Below, piece after piece: positions 26,265 through 37,644 of a stretch of 64,000 bases of DNA. Numbering within the stretch: the first letter of the stretch is position 1; each line of letters begins with the position of its first letter. Location of the stretch: contig CM059453.1 of NCBI GenBank assembly GCA_030390025.1, positions 7,378,001 to 7,442,000 of the forward strand, in the 5' to 3' direction. The notes beneath the pieces are model-generated. The model did not search any database and was not told the DNA's origin. It saw only the letters and a program-made list of their open reading frames with translations. Position numbers and translations under genes: made by a program. The stretch comes from Squalus acanthias. Lineage: Eukaryota.

Positions 26265-29133
26265 ATGCTGCCTGGCCTGCTGAGTTTTTCCAGCGTTTTC
26301 TGTTGTTATTTCAGATTTCCAGCATCCGCAGTATTTTGCTATCGTATTAGTGTTTGGTTCACTGCCACCTCTCTTCTAGGAATGCCTACCTTGAAGAAGT
26401 TCTGCTCTTCTCTTCGACGGGATTTCCGTTTGGCTCTTCAACCTTGTTCATCTTCATTGATTTCAGTTTCCCTTCTCGTGTTTGATGAGGTATCTTCCAA
26501 GACTCGGTTTCACAGCCACATTACTTTCCTCAGCAACTGTCTCCGGTTCCGACTTATCCCACGTGGATTCCAACTAAACTTCCACCCTTCGGGTTTCGGA
26601 TCAACCAAGGATTACAAATATCTCCAAGATATTCATCGTTCCTCGAACTACTGCTCTCGCCGCCTCTTGAGATCCACGCTCAACTCCATGCGGCGCCACA
26701 TGAACACTCTCGACCTCTCTCTTCAGCAGCACCGACGCACTCTATCTCAAAGCTGTCCGGGTCCACAGTTCCATTTCATCCTTAGACTCATCCGACGCTT
26801 CAACAAAAAACTTTTCTTCTTCCTTTCCGATGTCAAGGATCGCAAGCTTCAACAACTCTCGGACACTAACGCCCCTCCAGAACCTTCTTCCCCTTCACTT
26901 TCCTCTGACCCCCCTTCTCCCAATCTCACCCGCTGCCGCGTTTTCACTATCCCCTCTGGCCTTCCCCTCTCTGACTCCGAACGATCAGTCCTCAGCAAAG
27001 GCCTGACCTTCATCCCCTTACGCCCCCATCTCAATGAATTTCGAGCTCGGCACGATGCTGAGCTCTTTTTCCGCCGCCTCCGTCTCCGTGCTCACTTCTC
27101 TGGCCAGGAGTCTTCCCCCCGCACGGCTGACCCTTTCTCCCGCTTTCAGAATTCTCGTTCCACCTGGACCCCTCCCTCTGGCCTCTTACCCTCTCTAGAT
27201 CTTTTCATTGCTAACTGCCGCCGTGACATCGGCCAGCTCAATTTCTCTGCTCCCCTCACTCACTCCAACCTACCTCCCTCTGAACTTGCAGCTCTCCATT
27301 CTCTCCGATCCAACCCTGACATTGTCATTAAACCTGCTGACAAGGGTGGCGCTGTTGTTGTTTGGCGAACCGACCTCTACCTAGCGGAAGTTGAACGCCA
27401 ACTCTCTGACACCTCCTCCTACCTCCACCTGGACCATGACCCCACTACTGAACATCAAGCCACCGTGTCCAAGACCGTCACTGACCTCATCTCCTCTGGA
27501 GATCTTCCCCCCACGGCTGCCAACCTCATAGTTCCCCAACCGCGCACAGCCCGCTTCTACCTCCTTCCCAAGATCCACAAACAGGACTGCCCCGGTAGAC
27601 CCATCGTTTCAGCCTGTTCTTGCCCCACGGAACTTATCTCTTCCTATCTCGACTCTATTTTTTCTCCCCTTGTCCAGTCTCTTCCCACCTACATCCGCGA
27701 CTCTTCCGATGCCCTCCGCCATTTTAACAGTTTCCAGTTTCCCGGCCCCAACCGTCTCCTCTTCACTATGGACGTACAATCCCTCTACACCTCCATTCCC
27801 CACCAGGATGGCCAGAGGGCGCTCCGCTTCTTCCTTGAACAGAGGCCCAACCAGTCCCCATCCACCACCACCCTCCTCCGCCTGGCTGAACTTGTTCTCA
27901 CATTGAACAACTTCTCCTTTGACTCTACCCATTTCCTCCAAATTAAAGGTGTTGCTATGGGTACCCGCATGGGTCCTAGCTATGCCTGCCTTTTCGTGGG
28001 ATATGTGGAACACTCTTTGTTCCAGTCCTACTCGGGTCCCCTCCCTCACCTCTTTTTCCGGTACATTGATGACTGTATCGGTGCCGTCTCCTGCTCTCGC
28101 CCTGAACTAGAACATTTCATTCACTATGCTTCCAATTTCCACCCTTCCCTCACCTTCACATGGTCCATCTCCGACTCTTCCCTTCCCTTCCTCGACTTCT
28201 CCATCTCCATCTCTGGGGATAGGTTATTGACTAACATTCACTACAAGCCCACTGACTCCCACAGCTACCTGGACTACACTTCCTCCCACCCCGCCTCCTG
28301 TAAGGACTCTATTCCATTCTCCCAGTTTCTCCGTCTCCGCCGCATCTGCTCTGATGATGCCACCTTCCATACCAGTGCTTCCGACATGTCTTCCTTTTTC
28401 CTCAACCGAGGATTCCCCTCTACCGTGGTCGACACGGCCCTCGACCGTGTCCGTTCTATCTCCCGCACTTCTGCCCTCACCCCTGCCCCTCCCTCCCGGA
28501 ACCACGATAGGGTTCCCCTTGTCCTCACCTTTCACCCCACCAGCCTCCACATTCAACGGATCATCCTCCGCCATTTCCGCCACCTCCAGCGTGATCCCAC
28601 CACCAAACACATCTTCCCCTCACCTCCCCTTTCAGCATTCCGCAGGGACCGCTCCCTCCGCGACACCCTAGTCCACTCCTCTACCACCCCCAGCACCCCT
28701 TCCCCTTCGCCCAGGCACCTTCCCGTGCACGCGCAGGAGATGCAACACATGCCCTTACACCTCCCCTCTTCCCACTGTCCAGGGCCCCAAACACCCCTTC
28801 CAGGTGAAACAGCGATTTACTTGTACTTCCTGCAATTTAGTATACTGTATTCGCTGCTCACGATGTGGTCTCCTCTACATTGGGGAGACCAAACGCAGAT
28901 TGGGTGACCGCTTTGCGGAACACCTCCGTTCAGTCCGTAAGGGGGACCCCGAGCTCCCGGTGGCCTGTCACTTTAATTCACCGCTTCACTCCCACTCTGA
29001 CCTCACCGTCCTCGGCCTATTACACTGTTCCACGGAAGCGCAGCGTAAGCTCGAGGAACAGCACCTCATCTTTCGTTTAGGCACGCTACAGCCCTCTGGA
29101 CTCAATATCGAGTTCAACAATTTTAGATCATAA
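26265..29133 (+). pseudogene. Penelope-like ORF copy with a +1 frameshift
   Basis: Nearly identical to 29467-32334, but an extra A at 28713 (cccaggc vs cccggc) separates the RT (26265-28907) from the GIY-YIG (28804-29133). Confidence 0.88.
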
Positions 29134-29411
29134 CCTCAGCTCCAATCACATTTATATTTTATTTTTTCCACCCTTTTATTTGCCCCCCCCCCACCTTTTT
29201 TTTCCTCCTAGAAGCTGGCAGCTGTCCTTCATTCTGCCAGTGGATTTCACACTTCTTTCAGCCTTAATCTGTCACATTAACACCACCTCTAGCCTTGCAT
29301 ATCTCTTAATGTCTCTTAATGTCTCTTCATCTCCCCCTTTGTTCTTTTATCCCCTCCCCCTTTTCCCAGCTTTACTCTGGCCTTAAATCTATTTGATTTC
29401 CGGCTCTTCAC

Positions 29412-29448
29412 AGTTCTGACGAAAGGTCATCGACCTGAAACGTTAACT
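29412..29448 (+). ncRNA. Minimal type I hammerhead ribozyme (copy 2)
   Basis: Identical to 26210-26246, 3202 nt downstream. Confidence 0.8.
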
Positions 29449-29466
29449 CTCTTTCTCTCTCCACGG

Positions 29467-32334
29467 ATGCTGCCTGGCCTGCTGAGTTTTTCCAGCGTTT
29501 TCTGTTGTTATTTCAGATTTCCAGCATCCGCAGTATTTTGCTATCGTATTAGTGTTTGGTTCACTGCCACCTCTCTTCTAGGAATGCCTACCTTGAAGAA
29601 GTTCTGCTCTTCTCTTCGACGGGATTTCCGTTTGGCTCTTCAACCTTGTTCATCTTCATTGATTTCAGTTTCCCTTCTCGTGTTTGATGAGGTATCTTCC
29701 AAGACTCGGTTTCACAGCCACATTACTTTCCTCAGCAACTGTCTCCGGTTCCGACTTATCCCACGTGGATTCCAACTAAACTTCCACCCTTCGTGTTTCG
29801 GATCAACCAAGGATTACAAATATCTCCAAGATATTCATCGTTCCTCGAACTACTGCTCTCGCCGCCTCTTGAGATCCACGCTCAACTCCATGCGGCGCCA
29901 CATGAACACTCTCGACCTCTCTCTTCAGCAGCACCGACGCACTCTATCTCAAAGCTGTCCGGGTCCACAGTTCCATTTCATCCTTAGACTCATCCGACGC
30001 TTCAACAAAAAACTTTTCTTCTTCCTTTCCGATGTCAAGGATCGCAAGCTTCAACAACTCTCGGACACTAACGCCCCTCCAGAACCTTCTTCCCCTTCAC
30101 TTTCCTCTGACCCCCCTTCTCCCAATCTCACCCCCTGCCGCGTTTTCACTATCCCCTCTGGCCTTCCCCTCTCTGACTCCGAACGATCAGTCCTCAGCAA
30201 AGGCCTGACCTTCATCCCCTTACGCCCCCATCTCAATGAATTTCGAGCTCGGCACGATGCTGAGCTCTTTTTCCGCCGCCTCCGTCTCCGTGCTCACTTC
30301 TCTGGCCAGGAGTCTTCCCCCCGCACGGCTGACCCTTTCTCCCGCTTTCAGAATTCTCGTTCCACCTGGACCCCTCCCTCTGGCCTCTTACCCTCTCTAG
30401 ATCTTTTCATTGCTAACTGCCGCCGTGACATCGGCCAGCTCAATTTCTCTGCTCCCCTCACTCACTCCAACCTACCTCCCTCTGAACTTGCAGCTCTCCA
30501 TTCTCTCCGATCCAACCCTGACATTGTCATTAAACCTGCTGACAAGGGTGGCGCTGTTGTTGTTTGGCGAACCGACCTCTACCTAGCGGAAGTTGAACGC
30601 CAACTCTCTGACACCTCCTCCTACCTCCACCTGGACCATGACCCCACTACTGAACATCAAGCCACCGTGTCCAAGACCGTCACTGACCTCATCTCCTCTG
30701 GAGATCTTCCCCCCACGGCTGCCAACCTCATAGTTCCCCAACCGCGCACAGCCCGCTTCTACCTCCTTCCCAAGATCCACAAACAGGACTGCCCCGGTAG
30801 ACCCATCGTTTCAGCCTGTTCTTGCCCCACGGAACTTATCTCTTCCTATCTCGACTCTATTTTTTCTCCCCTTGTCCAGTCTCTTCCCACCTACATCCGC
30901 GACTCTTCCGATGCCCTCCGCCATTTTAACAGTTTCCAGTTTCCCGGCCCCAACCGTCTCCTCTTCACTATGGACGTACAATCCCTCTACACCTCCATTC
31001 CCCACCAGGATGGCCTGAGGGCGCTCCGCTTCTTCCTTGAACAGAGGCCCAACCAGTCCCCATCCACCACCACCCTCCTCCGCCTGGCTGAACTTGTTCT
31101 CACATTGAACAACTTCTCCTTTGAGTCTACCCATTTCCTCCAAATTAAAGGTGTTGCTATGGGTACCCGCATGGGTCCTAGCTATGCCTGCCTTTTCGTG
31201 GGATATGTGGAACACTCTTTGTTCCAGTCCTACTCGGGTCCCCTCCATCACCTCTTTTTCCGGTACATTGATGACTGTATCGGTGCCGTCTCCTGCTCTC
31301 GCCCTGAACTAGAACATTTCATTCACTATGCTTCCAATTTCCACCCTTCCCTCACCTTCACATGGTCCATCTCCGACTCTTCCCTTCCCTTCCTCGACTT
31401 CTCCATCTCCATCTCTGGGGATAGGTTATTGACTAACATTCACTACAAGCCCACTGACTCCCACAGCTACCTGGACTACACTTCCTCCCACCCCGCCTCC
31501 TGTAAGGACTCTATTCCATTCTCCCAGTTTCTCCGTCTCCGCCGCATCTGCTCTGATGATGCCACCTTCCATACCAGTGCTTCCGACATGTCTTCCTTTT
31601 TCCTCAACCGAGGATTCCCCTCTACCGTGGTCGACACGGCCCTCGACCGTGTCCGTTCTATCTCCCGCACTTCTGCCCTCACCCCTGCCCCTCCCTCCCG
31701 GAACCACGATAGGGTTCCCCTTGTCCTCACCTTTCACCCCACCAGCCTCCACATTCAACGGATCATCCTCCGCCATTTCCGCCACCTCCAGCGTGATCCC
31801 ACCACCAAACACTTCTTCCCCTCACCTCCCCTTTCAGCATTCCGCAGGGACCGCTCCCTCCGCGACACCCTAGTCCACTCCTCTACCACCCCCAGCACCC
31901 CTTCCCCTTCGCCCGGCACCTTCCCGTGCACGCGCAGGAGATGCAACACATGCCCTTACACCTCCCCTCTTCCCACTGTCCAGGGCCCCAAACACCCCTT
32001 CCAGGTGAAACAGCGATTTACTTGTACTTCCTGCAATTTAGTATACTGTATTCGCTGCTCACGATGTGGTCTCCTCTACATTGGGGAGACCAATCGCAGA
32101 TTGGGTGACCGCTTTGCGGAACACCTCCGTTCAGTCCGTAAGGGGGACCCCGAGCTCCCGGTGGCCTGTCACTTTAATTCACCGCTTCACTCCCACTCTG
32201 ACCTCACCGTCCTCGGCCTATTACACTGTTCCACGGAAGCGCAGCGTAAGCTCGAGGAACAGCACCTCATCTTTCGTTTAGGCACGCTACAGCCCTCTGG
32301 ACACAATATCGAGTTCAACAATTTTAGATCATAA
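29467..32334 (+). CDS. Penelope-like RT + GIY-YIG endonuclease polyprotein (intact, 955 aa)
   Basis: IKPADKGG, PKIHK...GRPIVS, MDVQSLYTSIP, GVAMG, RYIDD; Cys-rich linker CTRRRCNTC; VY...CSRC...YIGET...RFAEH. Confidence 0.92.
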   Translation: MLPGLLSFSSVFCCYFRFPASAVFCYRISVWFTATSLLGMPTLKKFCSSLRRDFRLALQPCSSSLISVSLLVFDEVSSKTRFHSHITFLSNCLRFRLIPRGFQLNFHPSCFGSTKDYKYLQDIHRSSNYCSRRLLRSTLNSMRRHMNTLDLSLQQHRRTLSQSCPGPQFHFILRLIRRFNKKLFFFLSDVKDRKLQQLSDTNAPPEPSSPSLSSDPPSPNLTPCRVFTIPSGLPLSDSERSVLSKGLTFIPLRPHLNEFRARHDAELFFRRLRLRAHFSGQESSPRTADPFSRFQNSRSTWTPPSGLLPSLDLFIANCRRDIGQLNFSAPLTHSNLPPSELAALHSLRSNPDIVIKPADKGGAVVVWRTDLYLAEVERQLSDTSSYLHLDHDPTTEHQATVSKTVTDLISSGDLPPTAANLIVPQPRTARFYLLPKIHKQDCPGRPIVSACSCPTELISSYLDSIFSPLVQSLPTYIRDSSDALRHFNSFQFPGPNRLLFTMDVQSLYTSIPHQDGLRALRFFLEQRPNQSPSTTTLLRLAELVLTLNNFSFESTHFLQIKGVAMGTRMGPSYACLFVGYVEHSLFQSYSGPLHHLFFRYIDDCIGAVSCSRPELEHFIHYASNFHPSLTFTWSISDSSLPFLDFSISISGDRLLTNIHYKPTDSHSYLDYTSSHPASCKDSIPFSQFLRLRRICSDDATFHTSASDMSSFFLNRGFPSTVVDTALDRVRSISRTSALTPAPPSRNHDRVPLVLTFHPTSLHIQRIILRHFRHLQRDPTTKHFFPSPPLSAFRRDRSLRDTLVHSSTTPSTPSPSPGTFPCTRRRCNTCPYTSPLPTVQGPKHPFQVKQRFTCTSCNLVYCIRCSRCGLLYIGETNRRLGDRFAEHLRSVRKGDPELPVACHFNSPLHSHSDLTVLGLLHCSTEAQRKLEEQHLIFRLGTLQPSGHNIEFNNFRS

Positions 32335-32613
32335 CCTCAGCTCCAATCACATTTATATTTTATTTTTTCCACCCTTTTATTTGCCCCCCCCCCCACCTTT
32401 TTTTTCCTCCTAGAAGCTGGCAGCTGTCCTTCATTCTGCCAGTGGATTTCACACTTCTTTCAGCCTTAATCTGTCACATTAACACCACCTCTATCCTTGC
32501 ATATCTCTTAATGTCTCTTAATGTCTCTTCACCCCCCCCTTTGTTCTTTTATCCTCTCCCCCTTTTCCCAGCTTTCCTCTGGCCTTAAATCTATTTGATT
32601 TCCGGCTCTTCAC

Positions 32614-32650
32614 AGTTCTGACGAAAGGTCATCGACCTGAAACGTTAACT
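32614..32650 (+). ncRNA. Minimal type I hammerhead ribozyme (copy 3)
   Basis: Identical motif, a further 3202 nt downstream. Confidence 0.8.
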
Positions 32651-33354
32651 CTCTTTCTCTCTCCACGGATGCTGCCTGGCCTGCTGAGTTTTTCCAGCGT
32701 TTTCTGTTGTTATTTTGGAATATAATGGAGGTGCTTTGGTGGTGTATATACAGAATAACAGAAACCCGGGAGGGAGTTACAGAGTGGAATCTAATCGAGG
32801 AGTCGGGGTGTATACATAGAATAACGGGTACTCGGTGCGTCAGTTACAGGCTGGAATCAAATCGAGGGGTTCGGGTTAATTATGTCCTAATTGCCTCGCT
32901 GGATTATATCAGAGCTAACAAATGCGTTCTGAGGGTGAAGACTGCTCCAGGTTTAAGCTGGTCACATGCTTCAATCGCAGGTCTGTGCAAGGTTGGCAGC
33001 TGCCACACTATTAATGGCATCGACGCTAAATGGAATGAAACAGCCAGTGATCCAATTCCTGATCACTTTCGAGTGTACCCTTCCCACCTGGTCACCGGGC
33101 CCGCATCTTGGCTGCGTAAGCCCAGGGTCAGGCACAACTGTGAGCACGGAGCCCATTGGCAGCCAGAGCGTTTGAGTTAATAATGTTACCATGTGTTCTT
33201 TGTTTATCTGTACCACGTTTTCTTATTGGATCGGTACCACGTGTTCTTGGTGTATCTGTACCACGTTTACATTGTCTACCTGTAACCCGTTTTATTTCTG
33301 TATCTCTACCAAGTGTCCTCTTTTATATGCAGCACGTGTTGTTTCTGTTGCAAA

Positions 33355-33390
33355 GAGACGAGCGAATATGCAGCTATTAAATTTACATGA
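33355..33390 (+). pseudogene. Orphan relic or short exon encoding [11 protein letters not shown], homologous to the receptor tail
   Basis: gagacgagcgaatatgcagctattaaa matches the gene B tail (gagaccagcgaatatgcagcaattaaa) at 25/27 nt. Confidence 0.5.
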
Positions 33391-33925
33391 AAAGGACCAG
33401 AACATGGAGAGGACGTTTCTCTGAATCTCAAAATTTCAGTTTCATTGTCTAAACGAAAAAATTATAACAACGAAGAGATACGACAATTTTTTACAATCAA
33501 GACATTGGAAACGCTCGTTGTTCTTGCTTGCAGTTTTTGCCCCAATATTCTCCACTTCCAACTTGAACGCTTGCTGGAGTTCGATTTCTCTAATCTCTCG
33601 CTTAAACTGTTTTTTTGCAGATCCCTCCCTTCACTACGAGGTTTGTCCCGAGGCCCAATACCCCGGAGTCTGCTCCTGTCCTCACAGGATATCGAAAAGG
33701 CTACTTGCCGCACGGTTCACTGAACAGCGATAAATACTATGGAAGAAATCCCCCTCTCTAACGCGGGGCTCCGAGACCATTTGGATTCCCTCAGCCAAGA
33801 ATGATCAATGAGAGACGTGATTACTTTCGGAACTGCTTTGCTCAACTGCATCGGTTAAAGCCATTTAGAGCAATTGTGCGATGCAACGCACTGCCACCCC
33901 GCCGGATAACCTAAAGCTGATTCTA

Positions 33926-34690
33926 TGGCCCAGAATTTTGACTCGGAGGCTTGCCGCGGGGTGAAGTATCGCGCGCGATCTTACCTACCCCGCCAGCCGT
34001 TGTGTTTCGGGCTCACACGAACTTCGGCTCCTGGGACTCTCCCTGGTGCCGGCGCGCAGTGTGTGCGTGTCGCAGAGGCGCATTTAGTTCGATGCGACCT
34101 CTGGGATCACGTGGGACATGGAGCGCCAATGGCAGCACACCATCTTTCATTCATAGTTTTGACAGGAGAACTGTCAAAACTATGAATACAAATTGCCCCC
34201 AATAGAACAGCAAAACCTCAAATATTTTTTTTCAAAAAACAACACATTAATAAAATAAATATAGTTAAATAAATTTAGCACTTTAAACAAAAATTTAAAA
34301 TTTTGATTTTTTTTTAATTCTTTTTAAAAGTTAGAAAAATAAACTTACCTTTCTTTAAAGTCTCTAAAAAAGATAAACCTGTTGAAAAAAATAATAATAC
34401 TTGATTAACTACTTACCTTGTTAAAAGAGGGTCTTCCGCCTCCTTTCTTCATGTGTAAAATCTTCCATGCTTGCCTTCGCGTTGAAACCAGAAAAAAAAC
34501 CTAAGTGTGCTGCGTGCGCACAGTCTGTAGTGCGCACGCGGTTCACGTAGGAAACCGCCCCCGCTGCGCCATACCGGAAGTGCGGGTTTCCCGCGCATGC
34601 GCAGTGCATGCATGAAACCGGCACTTCGGGACCTAATACGCGAGAGTACACAGTTCGTACTCTCCCGTTTTCAGCCGAATTTTTGGGCCA
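33926..34690. mobile_element. MITE-like element
   Basis: TIRs tggcccagaattt / aatttttgggcca; same GC-arm/AT-core layout. Confidence 0.65.
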
Positions 34691-35107
34691 TTACCTAAGG
34701 AGGAAGCATCCGCGGACGAAGGAATGGGTAGGAACGGGGAACCGTGCACTCTGGTCTCCATAATGCTACATTTCCGAGTGTCCATCTGATAGATACAGTT
34801 CAAGGGAGATCTGACGAACACTTCACAGCCTCCTCATCAGATTAGACATATTAAACACGCAATACACTGTTGGAAAGTTTGGACCAATCGGTGCAGCGCA
34901 GCCCATGTTGCCGCCTGTGAACACAAAAAAAATTCAAGCTACTGCCTTTGTGTTGACTATTGCCTGTTATTGAATCACTCTGAGCTGCTTCCAGCCATAT
35001 TATGCAATGTATTAATAGACTATTAAACAGGAGAGCCAACTGGGTTATTAAAGCGCTTTCACTGTCAGGATGATTAGTAAAAAATTTTTGGGCAATTTGC
35101 AGGCCCA

Positions 35108-35495
35108 CATAGTGGTTGTGTTACTGGAGTAGTAAACCAGAGGCCTGGACTAATGATCCGGAGACATGAGTTGAAATCCACCACGGCAGCTGGGGGAATT
35201 TAAATTCAGTTAATTAAATAAATCTGGAATAGAAAGCTAGTATCAGTAATGCTGACCATGAAACTACCAGATTGTCGGAAAAACCCAACTCGTTCACTAT
35301 TATCCTTTAGGGAAGGAAATCTGCCGTCCTTACCCGGTCTGGCCTACATGTAACTCCCGAAGCAGAGCAATGTCGTTAACTCTTAACTGCACTCTTAAAT
35401 GGCCGAGCAAGCCAGTCAGTTAACGGCAATTAGGGTAGGCAATAAATGCTGGCTTTGGAAGCGACGCCCACATCCCGTGAAAGAATAAACAAAAA
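35108..35495 (+). mobile_element. tRNA-derived SINE with LINE-derived 3' tail
   Basis: A/B-box-like head (tagtggtt...gagttgaaatcc); tail ggcaataaatgctggc...gcgacgcccacatccc shared with the LINE at 16099-16699. Confidence 0.7.
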
Positions 35496-36589
35496 TATTG
35501 CACCTGTTCAAGAAGGCGGCTCAGCAACCCCCTCTCAAGTGAAGCTAGAGGAGGGCAGTAAATGGTGGCTTAGCCAGCGTAGCTCACACCTGAGAGCTAT
35601 TTGAAAAAGGCCCCTGCATTTTCCCCAGGTCTAATTTTCGAATGTTTACCCATTCTGAACAACTTGATTCTTCTTGAAATATGATTCCCGCCGGTAGCTC
35701 TCAAATGATCAGACCTAAGCTTTCAATCTTCAAAGCGAGTGGCGGCTGGATTTTTAACAGGAGCGGTAGCCCTGACTGAACTTGAAGTGCTGAGCCCAGT
35801 TGAGCTAGAGAGCGGACAGACTTATTGCTGAATTGGTCCTTGGTTTTTCAGACGGTTGGACAGTCAAAAATCGCAATTTAAATTGCAGTTTGTTGTAATT
35901 TCTCTGATTCCTCCTGGAAGCCGAGCTCTTGCTTGTGCCATGATCTGTTTGGATGAAGGGTTCGCAATCCAACAGCGCCACAGAATGTCAGGCAGACAGC
36001 ATTACATAGGCGATCTGTCACTGCATCATCAGACACATCTGAGTCCAACAGGGGCTTAAATCCTGCATCTTGCGCAGACAAACTGCTAGTTTACCTCACC
36101 CTCCCCAACATAGACTGTTTAAGTATGTACAGGTGCGTTGACCGATGCAGATGTGGTTGGAGAATGTGCTCTGCTTGAAGAGATGAACTTGCTTCCTTTG
36201 TCCATTAGATGGCGTGCGCCGTGATCTGGTCGCTTTGCGCACATCCTTTCGATGGAAGGAAAAGCGACAAAGGACATTTGAACCACTTTGCAGAGAAAGC
36301 ACAGGAAGCTTCATTTAGCTGAGTGGAATCTGAACCGGAAAACGTAGTGACGCTTGCAAAGGTCCTGTTGGAATGCCTGTTCGTATTAGCCACACATCCT
36401 GTGTGTATTAGGTTGAATTATATTTAAGGGTGGCGATTTACCAAGGTGACTCTTTGCTTCACTTCATGCTTATTATCTGGTTGCCGTTTGAACAGAGTCA
36501 TTTTATGGCAATCAGCGTGCTTTGTTAATTTAACTGGGAATTTGGAATGTGTTACACTGTGCCGGCAAATAAGTTAATGTAAAAAAAAA

Positions 36590-37145
36590 TACAAAATCAA
36601 ATAATTGCGGATCCTGGAAATCTGAAAAAAACCCAGAAAACACTGGAAATACTCAGCAGCTCAGGCAGCATCCGTGGAGAGAGAAACAGAGTTAACGTTT
36701 AAGATCGGTGAATTTTCATGAGAACTGGAAGAGATTAGAGATGTAACAAGTTTTAAGCAAGTGCAGAGGCAGGGAAAGGGGGAGGGGAGGAAACAACAAG
36801 AGGGAAGTTCTGTGATAGGGTGGAAGGCAGTACAGATTAAATGACAAAAACGATGATGGTGCGAGGTGAAAGTTTGGTATTGGACAAGTAAATAAACAAA
36901 AGATGGATTTGGAGGAGATGTAAATGAGAATAGCAGAATCATCATCATCAGCTTCCGTCCGAAAAAATGCGGGCAGAGATTATGAACTGAAATTGTGGAA
37001 CTCAATGTTAAGTCCCGAAGGTTGTAAAGTGCCTAATCGAAAGATGAGGTACTGTTCCTCGAGCTTCCATTGAGCGTCATTGGAACAATGTAGGATACGG
37101 AGGAAAGAGCGGTCAGAGTGGGAATGGGGAGCTGAATTAAAGTGT
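36590..37145 (-). mobile_element. Older degenerate Penelope 3' end/pLTR
   Basis: Similar to 24691-25270 (ctggaaatctgaaa...ctcagcag...gagttaacgttt; GIY-YIG C-terminal remnant tcgaaagatgaggtactgttcctcgagc); hammerhead core decayed. Confidence 0.75.
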
Positions 37146-37644
37146 GTTTCTTACTTCACAAACCGGTAGGGAATGCAATGAGAGTAATGCAAGGAACAAG
37201 AGTTCAAATCCAAACATGGCACTTTGAGCATGTGAATGCAGGTTTTACAAATCTGCACGTAAAAAATCTGGAACCTCAGAGAGTGACATTGTAGCTGTCG
37301 AATGCCAGTCAGTCGAATCAAATTATGTGCGGCCATGGATGAGAATGAAATACATCCTTTGCCATCGTACGTCTAGGTAGCGTGTCGAAAAATATTCTAA
37401 TCATGAAGCTCAAGTTGAATTATTCGCAGAAACACCTCTTTATAATTCCTTCCTTTCAGAAGGATACCGATGGAATCAAAATAAATAGAAAGTTTAGCTG
37501 CTGTAGTGAAGGGAACTGGTGGAAGTTGACAGGAACATGCAGGTTTATTACACTGGGCTGGGAGAGTGTGCAAATCTAACGCCACAACTGACATAGAGAG
37601 TCAACGGTATCCGGCAGGGCTATTTAACAACATAATAGGGAGGG

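Larger units (their letters stand above)
24691..32715 (+). mobile_element. Penelope-like element (Neptune-type) tandem insertion with inverted 5' end
   Basis: Inverted 3' segment 24691-~25350, partial copy ~25351-26343, then two near-identical 3202-bp units; flanked by TSD tggaatataatgga (24677-24690, 32716-32729). Confidence 0.93.

Noticed and set aside
33622-36400. Exon-like segments at ~33622-33760 and ~36098-36330
   Set aside because: Splice-like signals only; no recognisable protein motif or consistent exon chain
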